Positions 21,072-28,838 of a DNA stretch of 42,708 bases are shown here, piece by piece; the stretch's first letter is position 1; every line of letters begins with the position of its first letter. The position numbers and the translations under genes are program-made. The notes below the pieces were generated by a model. It searched no databases and had not been told where the DNA came from. It worked only from the letters and a program-made list of their open reading frames with translations. Source of the DNA: a phage; sequence record QB031384.1. One strand, written 5' to 3'.

Positions 21072-21191
21072 TTACTTGGACTCACGTCCCTTCCAAAACT
21101 GATAAAGCTCTTCGTAATCCTTAGCTGCTGCTGTGTCTCCCCGCTCAACAGCTTCTGACCACTTCTGCATTGCCCACTCTGACTGTAACAT
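21072..21191 (-). CDS. Small ORF (39 aa), not in ORF track
   Basis: ATG at 21191-21189, in frame after the upstream small ORF's stop; translation MLQSEWAMQKWSEAVERGDTAAAKDYEELYQFWKGRESK. Fills an otherwise empty gap upstream of the RNAP gene. Confidence 0.3.
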   Translation of the reverse strand: MLQSEWAMQKWSEAVERGDTAAAKDYEELYQFWKGRESK

Positions 21192-21194
21192 CAA

Positions 21195-21323
21195 TTACCC
21201 TTTTACAACTTTAATCATGAAGGTTGAAGTAATATCTAAATAGTAAGCTGCCCCATATTGCCATGCACGGTCTTCACTCTCAAACTCACCTACTACTTTA
21301 TGATTTACGATTAGTTTATACAT
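21195..21323 (-). CDS. Small ORF (42 aa), not in ORF track
   Basis: ATG overlaps the stop of the upstream gene as TAATG; translation MYKLIVNHKVVGEFESEDRAWQYGAAYYLDITSTFMIKVVKG. Confidence 0.3.
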   Translation of the reverse strand: MYKLIVNHKVVGEFESEDRAWQYGAAYYLDITSTFMIKVVKG

Positions 21324-21499
21324 TAGTGTAATATCTCCCCTGTAGACTCAGTACCTTCCATGAGGTAGAAGTCATAATCATGTTCTACTACGCCAGCTTG
21401 CTGCCCGGCCCAGAACAGGTCCTGCATGAACTCTTCAGCATAATCTAGGTCAGTAGTATCCAATTCAATAATTGCAATAATCTTATTAGGCTTATGCAT
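21323..21499 (-). CDS. Hypothetical protein (58 aa from internal start; the ORF track extends it to 21646)
   Basis: The 107-aa ORF-track ORF overlaps the upstream gene by 155 nt. The internal ATG at 21499 reduces this to an 8-nt overlap. Confidence 0.35.
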   Translation of the reverse strand: MHKPNKIIAIIELDTTDLDYAEEFMQDLFWAGQQAGVVEHDYDFYLMEGTESTGEILH

Positions 21500-21956
21500 A
21501 GCATTTATCCTTATGTTGTTCGAACAGCTCTTTGTAGAAATCGGCCTTCTTAAGGTCCTTCTCCATCGTAGCGAGCTCTGCTTTCTTACCAGCACGCAAG
21601 CGATATTTGAGCACGTTCCCCATGCAGAAGCCCTTGAACTCTGCATGTGTCATGCTGCGTGCAATAATCTCAATGCTCTCTACGTCAGGGAATACTTGGT
21701 AATGCGACGGCTTACGTACATCATCCGTAGAGCCCTTACTGCGTGCTTCCTCGTGAACCTCTTCTAATAGTTGCGCCTTCTCATCCAAATAACGGAAACC
21801 ACTATAAGTAGTAGCTTCCTTAATATGTGCTGCTGCCCTGTGCGGCGATAACCTAGTACTATTAGTGAGGCAATAAATTCCATCTTTATCGTAGATGTAC
21901 TCAAATACCCCACGTCCCCAAGTGTATTCACGATACATTTCTAAAGGATTACTCAT
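21492..21956 (-). CDS. Hypothetical protein, DUF3310-like
   Basis: 154-aa ORF with SHYQ ... GNVLKYRLRAGKK, recalled as characteristic of the phage DUF3310 family. Confidence 0.5.
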   Translation of the reverse strand: MSNPLEMYREYTWGRGVFEYIYDKDGIYCLTNSTRLSPHRAAAHIKEATTYSGFRYLDEKAQLLEEVHEEARSKGSTDDVRKPSHYQVFPDVESIEIIARSMTHAEFKGFCMGNVLKYRLRAGKKAELATMEKDLKKADFYKELFEQHKDKCYA

Positions 21957-22378
21957 TTCTTAATCTCCTTTGCTGCACGTTTAACTGCACGCTGCTTACG
22001 TGCCTTAGCGTTAGCTACTAGGCGCTTCTCTTCTTCGGTCTTATGCGTAGGGTAAATATACTCAGTGGGTTCACGGTCTAAGTAATCTGCCATATTGCGT
22101 AGAGCATTGGCGATAGCAGCACTACTACCCATGCTACCAACAATCCACCTACCACAAGCGGACGCCACTTTCCCCTCACCCCCATTGCATGACCTATGCA
22201 ATGCACCACGTATACGCCCATTATTATGGTCATGGTCACATACAACACTGTCACCTTTAGCCCCCTTAATTGAGAAATCTAGCGGCTTACCGCAGAGTAG
22301 GCAATTGCCACCCTGCTCCTTAGCAAGTTTCATTGTAATAGTTCTGAGCTGCGCTCTAGTAACCTTACGCATTACCAT
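21953..22378 (-). CDS. Recombination endonuclease VII (junction-resolving enzyme)
   Basis: 141-aa ORF with CLLCGKPL ... CDHDHNNGRIRGALHRSCNGGEG, matching the Cys/His-rich zinc-binding core of T4 endonuclease VII. Confidence 0.75.
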   Translation of the reverse strand: MVMRKVTRAQLRTITMKLAKEQGGNCLLCGKPLDFSIKGAKGDSVVCDHDHNNGRIRGALHRSCNGGEGKVASACGRWIVGSMGSSAAIANALRNMADYLDREPTEYIYPTHKTEEEKRLVANAKARKQRAVKRAAKEIKK

Positions 22379-22608
22379 AGGTCGAGTTCCTCGCCTTCAT
22401 CTAAATAGTGCTGCTCTGCAATCAAGTCCTCAAGCTGTACCTGCGCCTGCTTATACAATGCAGGGTCTTGCTTGTACAGCTCAGCCAGCTTGTCTTCCAT
22501 CTCTGCGAAGTTCTCTTGGAAGTACAGTTCAATTACTGCTTCTACTGCTGCGTTGAAAGTCGCCATGCCTTGTATTCCTCGTTGTATTGATGCAAGGCTT
22601 CCGCCCAT
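22372..22608 (-). CDS. Hypothetical protein (78 aa, acidic)
   Basis: ORF-track ORF overlapping the exonuclease 3' end. The true start may be the internal Met near 22566. Confidence 0.4.
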   Translation of the reverse strand: MGGSLASIQRGIQGMATFNAAVEAVIELYFQENFAEMEDKLAELYKQDPALYKQAQVQLEDLIAEQHYLDEGEELDLW

Positions 22609-23462
22609 TTCTGGAGGTCGCCCTCCAGTAGGGGGTGTATATAACTGAATGCCGAGTCATCTGGACTGCGACGAAGGAACAAGCATTCCATCTCAGCTAG
22701 GAAGTTCTGGTTAATCTCTGCGTAGGCCGCGACTACTTTGTTAGCCGCTCCCTTCTCCGTACTGCAATCCTTTAGGAACTCATACGCACCAGCTGGGCCT
22801 ATGTTCTTTCCCTTGTACTTAGTAAGTCCAGCAACGTGGTCAGCAGCGTCACCCATTAGCATCTGGGCGAACATGAAAGCTAAACCATGACCGACTACCT
22901 TACCTCTGGATTTATCGTACTCAATCCAGCCGTAAGCATCATCAATCGCATCTACAGTACCTAGCTCAGGGTTCCACTTAGGACCTCGGCAGAGGTTCAT
23001 ATCCTTATCGAAGCTACTTACTAGGCCTCGGTCACCGAAGGCCAAGCTGTCTGCAATAATGCAGTCGTCGGCTTCAGCTTGATAGTCGAAGATAATTTCA
23101 ATTCCTTGCACAGCATACTCGTGAGCATGCGCGATGAGATGAGCCTTAAGGGGTGCTTTGAGCGGTATCTCTTCTCGAGCTGCACGTTGGCCTTGGTACG
23201 GCTTAACGGTAGGCAGAAGGAACCTGCCGCATTTAAAGTTATCAGAAGGAGTAATGTATGCACGTACTTCCTTAGCGTTGCAGTAGAATTTCTCTTCGAG
23301 AACTAATTGATAGAAGCGCCGGACAGCTGTGTCCAAGCGCTTCACTGTACTCGCTGCCTTGTAGACTGCTTGGTCTGCGTCAAGCAGCAGCACAGTATCT
23401 GAAGGAGCAGGTGGCGCTAACTGAGCGCCAAGCTCATCTAAGTTAATGCCACCAATCTTCAT
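22542..23462 (-). CDS. 5'-3' exonuclease (T7 gp6-like, FEN/PIN-type)
   Basis: 306-aa ORF with an Asp-rich N-terminal active-site pattern (LLLDADQAVYKA, EADD). Position downstream of the DNA polymerase matches T7-group synteny. Confidence 0.65.
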   Translation of the reverse strand: MKIGGINLDELGAQLAPPAPSDTVLLLDADQAVYKAASTVKRLDTAVRRFYQLVLEEKFYCNAKEVRAYITPSDNFKCGRFLLPTVKPYQGQRAAREEIPLKAPLKAHLIAHAHEYAVQGIEIIFDYQAEADDCIIADSLAFGDRGLVSSFDKDMNLCRGPKWNPELGTVDAIDDAYGWIEYDKSRGKVVGHGLAFMFAQMLMGDAADHVAGLTKYKGKNIGPAGAYEFLKDCSTEKGAANKVVAAYAEINQNFLAEMECLFLRRSPDDSAFSYIHPLLEGDLQKWAEALHQYNEEYKAWRLSTQQ

Positions 23463-23834
23463 CTAGTAACCTGCTTCCTCAAGGATAAGGATTGTACCAA
23501 TCATCTCATTGATAACACCTACTGCGTGCAGGCCCTGCTCGATATCATAGATGATTGAAGCGATGTTGCTTACGTGAGCGAACAGACTACCAGTGATGCG
23601 AACATACACTAGCTCATCACCAGTCAGCTTACCAGCCTGGGCTGTAATGTCGTTGTTATCCTTCAGGACCTGTACGACCTCATCAGCCGTGATGCCAAAG
23701 TCTTCAGCGACTGCCCAGAGAGCAGCCTTAATATCACCTACGCCCAGACTTTCATCTGAGGTGTACAGGCTAACTACAAAGTCAGACACAGAGTTGCAGA
23801 GTTCAGTGTAATGGTTAAGTACTTTATCAGTCAT
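23463..23834 (-). CDS. Hypothetical protein (123 aa)
   Basis: ORF tightly packed between the 263-aa ORF and the exonuclease. No motif recognised. Confidence 0.5.
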   Translation of the reverse strand: MTDKVLNHYTELCNSVSDFVVSLYTSDESLGVGDIKAALWAVAEDFGITADEVVQVLKDNNDITAQAGKLTGDELVYVRITGSLFAHVSNIASIIYDIEQGLHAVGVINEMIGTILILEEAGY

Positions 23835-23848
23835 AGCCTAATCCTTAA

Positions 23849-24640
23849 TTAAAGTGCAGGAGGAACAACAGCGAATGTAGGTGCGGCTGGAGCTACTGGG
23901 GCTACTGGAGCAGTTGGGGCAGCAGGTGCAGCAGGTGCAGATACTGAGGCAGGTGCAGCCATAGCCGCCATGTCAGGAACATCGCCCATTAGCATCTGCT
24001 GAAGAGCCGAGCCTTCGAAGTTAACTGCGCTCAGAATGTCTTCCTGAATGAAGTTGTTCTTCTCAATATGCAGAGAACCCCAAGTTTCTTTAGTCGGGTT
24101 ATCAAACAGGAACAGACGAAGACCTGATTCGTCCAATGCTGGCAGCTCTACCGGAGCGCCAGTCTGCGGGTCAAACTTAGGTAGAGTACGCAGACTCAGG
24201 AAGTCGATGGTGTTAGAAGTCTTACCAGCCTTACTGGTGTACTGCTCAACCTCAAACATGAACGCTTGGCCTAGACGTTGTGCCATGTGCTTCAGCGTGC
24301 CGTCATAGTTCATCTTGTCGAAGACTTGTTTAAACTTAGCTTTCTCGAAGCTGCTAATGGCCATTGGGAACGGATTAATACGCTTGATAGAACCATCAGG
24401 GGTGTAAACGATGAAGCCTAAGCGCACGTTCATTACTGCTGGCTTGCCAGTCGGCTTACCCATGTGCATAGGAATCTTTTTACCTAACTCGATGTACTCC
24501 ATGAAGCGGCCGAAGTAGGTACCTTTTGGCAGCAGTACATCGGCGAAGTTACCGCCTGACTGCGTTACTGATTGGTCGATACCTTGCTCAGCTACAGTTG
24601 CGTTAACGAGGGAAGACAGTGCGCTCAGATTGATGGTCAT
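23849..24640 (-). CDS. Hypothetical protein (263 aa) with Ala/Pro-rich low-complexity C-terminal tail
   Basis: ORF in the replication module. The last ~45 residues are low-complexity (APASVSAPAAPAAPTAPVAPVAPAAP...). Confidence 0.55.
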   Translation of the reverse strand: MTINLSALSSLVNATVAEQGIDQSVTQSGGNFADVLLPKGTYFGRFMEYIELGKKIPMHMGKPTGKPAVMNVRLGFIVYTPDGSIKRINPFPMAISSFEKAKFKQVFDKMNYDGTLKHMAQRLGQAFMFEVEQYTSKAGKTSNTIDFLSLRTLPKFDPQTGAPVELPALDESGLRLFLFDNPTKETWGSLHIEKNNFIQEDILSAVNFEGSALQQMLMGDVPDMAAMAAPASVSAPAAPAAPTAPVAPVAPAAPTFAVVPPAL

Positions 24641-24667
24641 ATTTGAATCCTTATATAAGTTTAAGAG

Positions 24668-24832
24668 TTACTTAGAGATTAATGTATTAGCAATACCATA
24701 GAACGTGGCAAGCAATGCAATCAGTGCCATCCCTACTACAGCGACTTTACCATAGAGTTGTATAAGGCCTAGTATACTAAATCCTACCGAACTTAGTGCG
24801 GCTGTTAGGCCCACTACCTTTAGAGTGCGCAT
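24668..24832 (-). CDS. Small hydrophobic protein (54 aa), not in ORF track
   Basis: ATG at 24832-24830 with AAGGT upstream; translation MRTLKVVGLTAALSSVGFSILGLIQLYGKVAVVGMALIALLATFYGIANTLISK, consistent with 1-2 transmembrane helices. Lies in a 300-bp gap. Confidence 0.35.
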   Translation of the reverse strand: MRTLKVVGLTAALSSVGFSILGLIQLYGKVAVVGMALIALLATFYGIANTLISK

Positions 24833-24943
24833 AGTGAAATACCTTAGTTGGTTGATTCACGCAAGGGGAAATCCGTTTGGGGAAGAACCAGCTCGCGTGG
24901 CTAATGCAAAAAGAAGGTGTATATGTAGGGAGGTACGAAGAGA

Positions 24944-25924
24944 TTACTTCTTACGCCCTACCCAACGGCCGTCGGAATCCATCAGCATGGGGATGAGGCT
25001 CGGACAACCTTCGGTAATAGTCATGACACCTAAGATGGGCTTGTTACGTGAGAGCTTGCCGTATGCAAATGCCATTGCCTTATGATCAATCAAGCAACCT
25101 GCGTGTGCACCAAAGTACAGTGCTGTGCTGCTGGCCTTGTAAGTGATATCATACTTTCCATGCTCGTGGCCTATCACCATACTGGTACGTTCATGAGAGG
25201 CGTTCAGCATGAGGTCACCAGATACTTGATGCTGGAATCGTACAGGTCCGGTCGGAGTATTCAACACCCACGCATCCGACCAACTCCACTTCTTAGCCCC
25301 GTGCTCTGGGAACAGAATGTCACGGTACTTCTTAATGAATTGTACTGGTAAGCCATGTGCCTTAGCTCGACGATACACTAAGCTGCCGTGGTTGGAGTCA
25401 CACACCAGCAGGTTAGGGAAGAGGTCATGAATCTTAGCAAGATAAGCCTTAGCCTTCTCCAGTTCTACCCCCGCGCTATCTAGGTCAGGGTCAGAGTCGT
25501 GGAAGCTGATAGCGTGACCATCCGTCTCATCGCCTACCTGAACAACCATGTCAGGGCCGTAACTGTCTCTTACAGAACGAAGGAAAGCGAGAGCGTCAGG
25601 ATGTGTATAAGGAGCGTGCAAGTCTCCTACAACAAGGATGCGGTGGCACATATCAGGCACATTAGTATCGCCAATGTCGTCCGTAGGGGAAGGCTGAATA
25701 AGTTTACGAGCCTCGACCAAACCTTTGTTAGCTTTTGCTTTACTACCATTTGCGGCCTCATAAATTCTACGCCAGTACTTGACCAGCTGACGGTAAACTA
25801 CCGGCTCGCTCAGACCAGATGCTTCGTTATAAGCTGCTGCTGCCTCGACGTTAGATTTGTACTTGCTAAGAATCTCTTGATGTTGCTCTTTAGTGAACAG
25901 CTTAATAGCGTTAATGCGTGGCAT
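24944..25924 (-). CDS. Calcineurin-like metallophosphoesterase
   Basis: 326-aa ORF with metallophosphatase motifs in order: VVGDLHAPY, QVGDETDGH, CDSNHG, IGHEHG. Confidence 0.7.
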   Translation of the reverse strand: MPRINAIKLFTKEQHQEILSKYKSNVEAAAAYNEASGLSEPVVYRQLVKYWRRIYEAANGSKAKANKGLVEARKLIQPSPTDDIGDTNVPDMCHRILVVGDLHAPYTHPDALAFLRSVRDSYGPDMVVQVGDETDGHAISFHDSDPDLDSAGVELEKAKAYLAKIHDLFPNLLVCDSNHGSLVYRRAKAHGLPVQFIKKYRDILFPEHGAKKWSWSDAWVLNTPTGPVRFQHQVSGDLMLNASHERTSMVIGHEHGKYDITYKASSTALYFGAHAGCLIDHKAMAFAYGKLSRNKPILGVMTITEGCPSLIPMLMDSDGRWVGRKK

Positions 25925-26018
25925 TGTAATTCCTCAGTTGTCTGTGCCTAACGTTTCACTTCTACCCACCAAGTTTCACACTCAATGGAAGAAGTCAACA
26001 ATTTATTTAATTATTTGC

Positions 26019-26591
26019 TTACATTGCCCAATCAGGACGCTCACCCTTACCGCAGTAAAAGTCAATCAGGTCTAGTAAGCGCGGATAATACTTCAGCGAA
26101 CTCTTACCGTCCATTTCCGCAACCTGGCGCCTACTGAAGCTGCGCCACTCTGCTGCCGTATGCTGCTGACATCCTGCACGCACTATGTCCTTACAGATAC
26201 TAATGAAGTACGTTTCTCCGTATATAATGACAGTCTTGGCGCCGCGCAGGTCAGCGCGGCGCAGGTTAGCGCCGCGCAGGTCAGCGTAGCGCAGGTCAGC
26301 GTCGCGCAGGTCAGTACCGGTCAGGTCAGCGCCGCGCAGGTCAGCGATGCGCAGGTCAGCGTCGCGCAGGTCAGCGCCGCTCAGGTCAGCGCCGCGCAGG
26401 TCAGTACCGGTCAGGTCAGCGCCGCGCAGGTTAGCGTAGCGCAGGTTAGCGCCGCGCAGGTCAGCGTCGCGCAGGTCAGTGCTGCTCAGGTCAGCGTCGC
26501 ACAGGTCAGCGTCGCGCAGGTTAGCGCGGCGCAGGTCAACGCTGTGCAGTCTTCCTAACTTATATATTTCGCAGATTTCTTGATAGTTCAT
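26019..26591 (-). CDS. Pentapeptide-repeat protein 1 (about 21 tandem A(D/N)LxG-type pentapeptides plus 70-aa non-repeat C-terminal domain)
   Basis: 190-aa ORF with an unbroken run of [15 protein letters not shown] pentapeptides after the N-terminal cap [12 protein letters not shown]. Strand chosen because all flanking genes are minus-strand. Confidence 0.8.
   Translation of the reverse strand: MNYQEICEIYKLGRLHSVDLRRANLRDADLCDADLSSTDLRDADLRGANLRYANLRGADLTGTDLRGADLSGADLRDADLRIADLRGADLTGTDLRDADLRYADLRGANLRRADLRGAKTVIIYGETYFISICKDIVRAGCQQHTAAEWRSFSRRQVAEMDGKSSLKYYPRLLDLIDFYCGKGERPDWAM
26238..26549. repeat. Tandem array of about 21 copies of a 15-bp unit (CGCAGGTCAGCGNCG-like) encoding the pentapeptide repeats
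   Basis: Periodicity is visible directly: gcgcaggtcagcg recurs every 15 bp, varying mainly at 2-3 positions per unit. Confidence 0.9.
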
Positions 26592-26623
26592 AGTTAACCT
26601 ATATGTAAAGAATTATTTATTAC

Positions 26624-26652
26624 TGGACAAATCCTGATATTCATGATATAAT
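26624..26652 (+). promoter_or_regulatory. Sigma70-like promoter on the plus strand (TGGACA - 17 bp - TGaTATAAT), antisense to all neighbouring genes; copy B of the inverted duplicated element
   Basis: Plus strand has TGGACA (26624-26629), a 17-nt spacer, then TGATATAAT with -10 at 26647-26652. Sequence is near-identical to the minus-strand element at 7095-7134. Confidence 0.35.
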
Positions 26653-26678
26653 AAAACCCTTCCTACGCAGGGCTACAC

Positions 26679-27182
26679 CTACTTCTCCACAACTTCATAC
26701 TCTCCATGATTAGGATGGAATCCATGTAACCGCTCGACAGCCTTTCTTGCTTTAACAGCAAGGGTAATATCTGTAAACAAGCCCAAGTGCATATAAATGC
26801 CATCTACCTTTATACGCGCACGCCACTTACCAGCATTCTTATCCCAGCCTACGCCGCATATGCCGCTGGTGTTGCTCGAGTGTAGCCTCATATTGCGGCT
26901 GTTAGTGCTTTGATTTACTAACCTTAGATTAATTAACCTATTATCATCTTTAATATGGTTAATATGGTCTATTTGCAAACCTGCCGGAATAGGTCCATTT
27001 ACCATCTCATAAATTATGCGATGTAATTTGTAAGTCTTACCCCTTACCATGACCTGCATGTAACCACGCTTGTTTAAGCAACCAGCTACCTCTCCTACCT
27101 TTGAAGCACTTCTAGGTAACCTAATCTTCCAAATCAAAGCCCCTGTATCTGGGCAGTAGTTGAATATACTATTCCAATCCAT
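26679..27182 (-). CDS. HNH homing endonuclease with AP2-like DNA-binding domain
   Basis: 167-aa ORF with HNH motif LQIDHINHIKDDNRLINLRLVNQSTNSRN and AP2-like GVGWDKNAGKWRARIKVDGIYMHLGLF. Second such gene in the genome. Confidence 0.7.
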   Translation of the reverse strand: MDWNSIFNYCPDTGALIWKIRLPRSASKVGEVAGCLNKRGYMQVMVRGKTYKLHRIIYEMVNGPIPAGLQIDHINHIKDDNRLINLRLVNQSTNSRNMRLHSSNTSGICGVGWDKNAGKWRARIKVDGIYMHLGLFTDITLAVKARKAVERLHGFHPNHGEYEVVEK

Positions 27183-27378
27183 AGTATTCCCCTTCTTCTA
27201 CTACAAGATATTCACAAGGTGCAAAAGTAAACTCCTCATCTTCATCTCCTAAATCAACCTCTCCTGTGTCAGGGAAGAACTCATATACTTCGTGAACACT
27301 GCCTACCGGGAATCTATCCATGTACTCGAACATCTCGCCTACACCATATGCACTGTAGTTAAGAATGCGAACTTTCAT
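27169..27378 (-). CDS. Hypothetical acidic protein (69 aa)
   Basis: First ORF downstream of the promoter-leader cassette at 27490-27638. Strongly acidic (DLGDEDEEF, VVEEGEYYGLE). Confidence 0.45.
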   Translation of the reverse strand: MKVRILNYSAYGVGEMFEYMDRFPVGSVHEVYEFFPDTGEVDLGDEDEEFTFAPCEYLVVEEGEYYGLE

Positions 27379-27489
27379 ATTGAATCCTCTTAAGTCTGCA
27401 ACCTCACCGCGAAGTTGCTTAACTAAGAGACTTCCTTAGCGAGTCTTATTTCTCTTAGACTCTCATCTGCATCGCACTGTATTACCTGT

Positions 27490-27638
27490 GCACGGGAGGA
27501 ACCGCTCAAGCTCGTACTATCTACCCAGAGCTTTCAGGAGGGCACCGGGATTAAAGTCCCCGGTGACTAACAAGCCGCTTTGCTATCTGCATCTCGTCTT
27601 GATGAAATGAATTCTACAGCATTCTAAAACTGTGTCAA
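27490..27638 (-). promoter_or_regulatory. Promoter-leader cassette R1: sigma70-like promoter (TTGACA - 16 bp - TAGAAT) plus conserved structured 5' leader
   Basis: -35 at 27633-27638 and -10 at 27611-27616. Downstream leader contains a hairpin (CACCGGG/CCCGGTG), GCCCTCCTGAA, a second hairpin with loop GGGTAGATA, and GAGCGGTTCCTCCCGT. Homologous to copies at 34406-34528 and 35943-36080. Confidence 0.55.
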
Positions 27639-27650
27639 CACTTATTTTAA

Positions 27651-28838
27651 TTAAATTACCTCTTCCTCTTTAAAGGATTTACCAATACCACATTCGGCGG
27701 GAAACTTAACTTCAGACAGTATGCCAAAGTTAGGCCACAACTGTAGCATCCTATCACGGGCTCCTTCCATAACGTTTTTGATGAGCTTACCCGCCTTACG
27801 GGCCGTCTCTTCGTCAGCACAATCTATGTACAAACAGTCATGGACGGTAACCAGCAAACACCATTTACCCCCCATCCAATTGTCAGCTATACCAGCCCTC
27901 ATAGCCATTCCGGTTGCAATAAGCATAAGCAGGGAACCTGATCCTTGAAACGGATAGTTAGCCATCTCTGTGGGCTTAAAGTCCATTACCTGCTTACCTT
28001 CGCGCCACACCGGCTTCTGACGGAAGCGGTAGCGAGTACCGCAAGGCGTAGTGAAGTAGCCCTCGCGATAGATACGCCAGCTGCCGTCATCTGCTTGTTC
28101 ACGGCGTATAGGCTCCAGCAGCGCAGTACGGTTTACTTCAGCTGCAATGACATCCCTGTACTTAATAGACTCAGGGAATAGTGCCTCCTCGTTAGCTAAG
28201 AACTTCTCAGCGTCGGCTAAGCTAGCACCTGAGGCGAACGCCAGTCCTTTAGCGGATGCTCCATATTGTGCTGCGAAGCTGAAGGTTTTGATGGCTGTTC
28301 GCTTCTTCTTCCATCCTTTATGGTCCGGTGCATCCGGGTTATGGCAAAGCTCGTAGACTTCTTCATAAGGCATACCTTCTTGGAATGCTAGACGATAGCA
28401 GTGCATATCCGTACCGGCTTCAAGCAAGCTCAGTAATTTCTTATCACCAGTGATTACACAGCCCATTACAACCTCCATAGCTGAGTAGTCACACTGTGCA
28501 ATCATACCCTGCTCACCATAGCGGCTACGCAGAATCTGCTTAACCTTAGACTCACGCGGCAGCTGCTGCATGTTCGGGTTAGATGTTGACAGGCGTCCGG
28601 TAGTAGTTGAGCAGTGATTCGACCTGTGGTGAATGATGCCAGAACCATCTGCTGATGTAGGGATGACGTACGGCAGCATGCCCGTCACCTTACGCAGACT
28701 GCCATCCTTATTAGTCTCACGTACTTCATAGAAGCCGAGGTCCTTCTGGCGTGTAGTCATTTCTTTGTATGCTTTGAAGAAGTCTGAAGCTAACTTAGCC
28801 ATCTTGTTCCATCCCAATAAAATAATGTGCAAGGTCAT
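27651..28838 (-). CDS. DNA polymerase, family A: polymerase (fingers/palm) part
   Basis: 395-aa ORF with TGRLSTSNPNMQQLP, motif A-like CDYSAMEV, motif B-like RTAIKTFSFAAQYG and motif C VHD. Overlaps the upstream exonuclease-domain ORF by 44 nt in a different frame. Confidence 0.85.
   Translation of the reverse strand: MTLHIILLGWNKMAKLASDFFKAYKEMTTRQKDLGFYEVRETNKDGSLRKVTGMLPYVIPTSADGSGIIHHRSNHCSTTTGRLSTSNPNMQQLPRESKVKQILRSRYGEQGMIAQCDYSAMEVVMGCVITGDKKLLSLLEAGTDMHCYRLAFQEGMPYEEVYELCHNPDAPDHKGWKKKRTAIKTFSFAAQYGASAKGLAFASGASLADAEKFLANEEALFPESIKYRDVIAAEVNRTALLEPIRREQADDGSWRIYREGYFTTPCGTRYRFRQKPVWREGKQVMDFKPTEMANYPFQGSGSLLMLIATGMAMRAGIADNWMGGKWCLLVTVHDCLYIDCADEETARKAGKLIKNVMEGARDRMLQLWPNFGILSEVKFPAECGIGKSFKEEEVI

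Noticed and set aside
26238-26549. Possible CRISPR array, given the regular short repeats
   Set aside because: Units are 15 bp and contiguous with no spacers, and they lie inside a coding sequence translating to pentapeptide repeats. There are no cas genes.
26160-26558. Plus-strand ORF (132 aa) of AQVSA repeats
   Set aside because: It is the antisense frame of the 15-bp tandem repeat, kept open by the periodicity. All neighbouring genes are minus-strand, and the minus-strand frame gives canonical pentapeptide repeats with a proper N-terminal cap.
28795-28838. Programmed ribosomal frameshift joining the two DNA polymerase ORFs
   Set aside because: A +1 shift would be needed and no canonical slippery motif or downstream stimulatory structure is evident. 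A split gene or an assembly indel is equally or more likely, so it is reported only as an anomaly.
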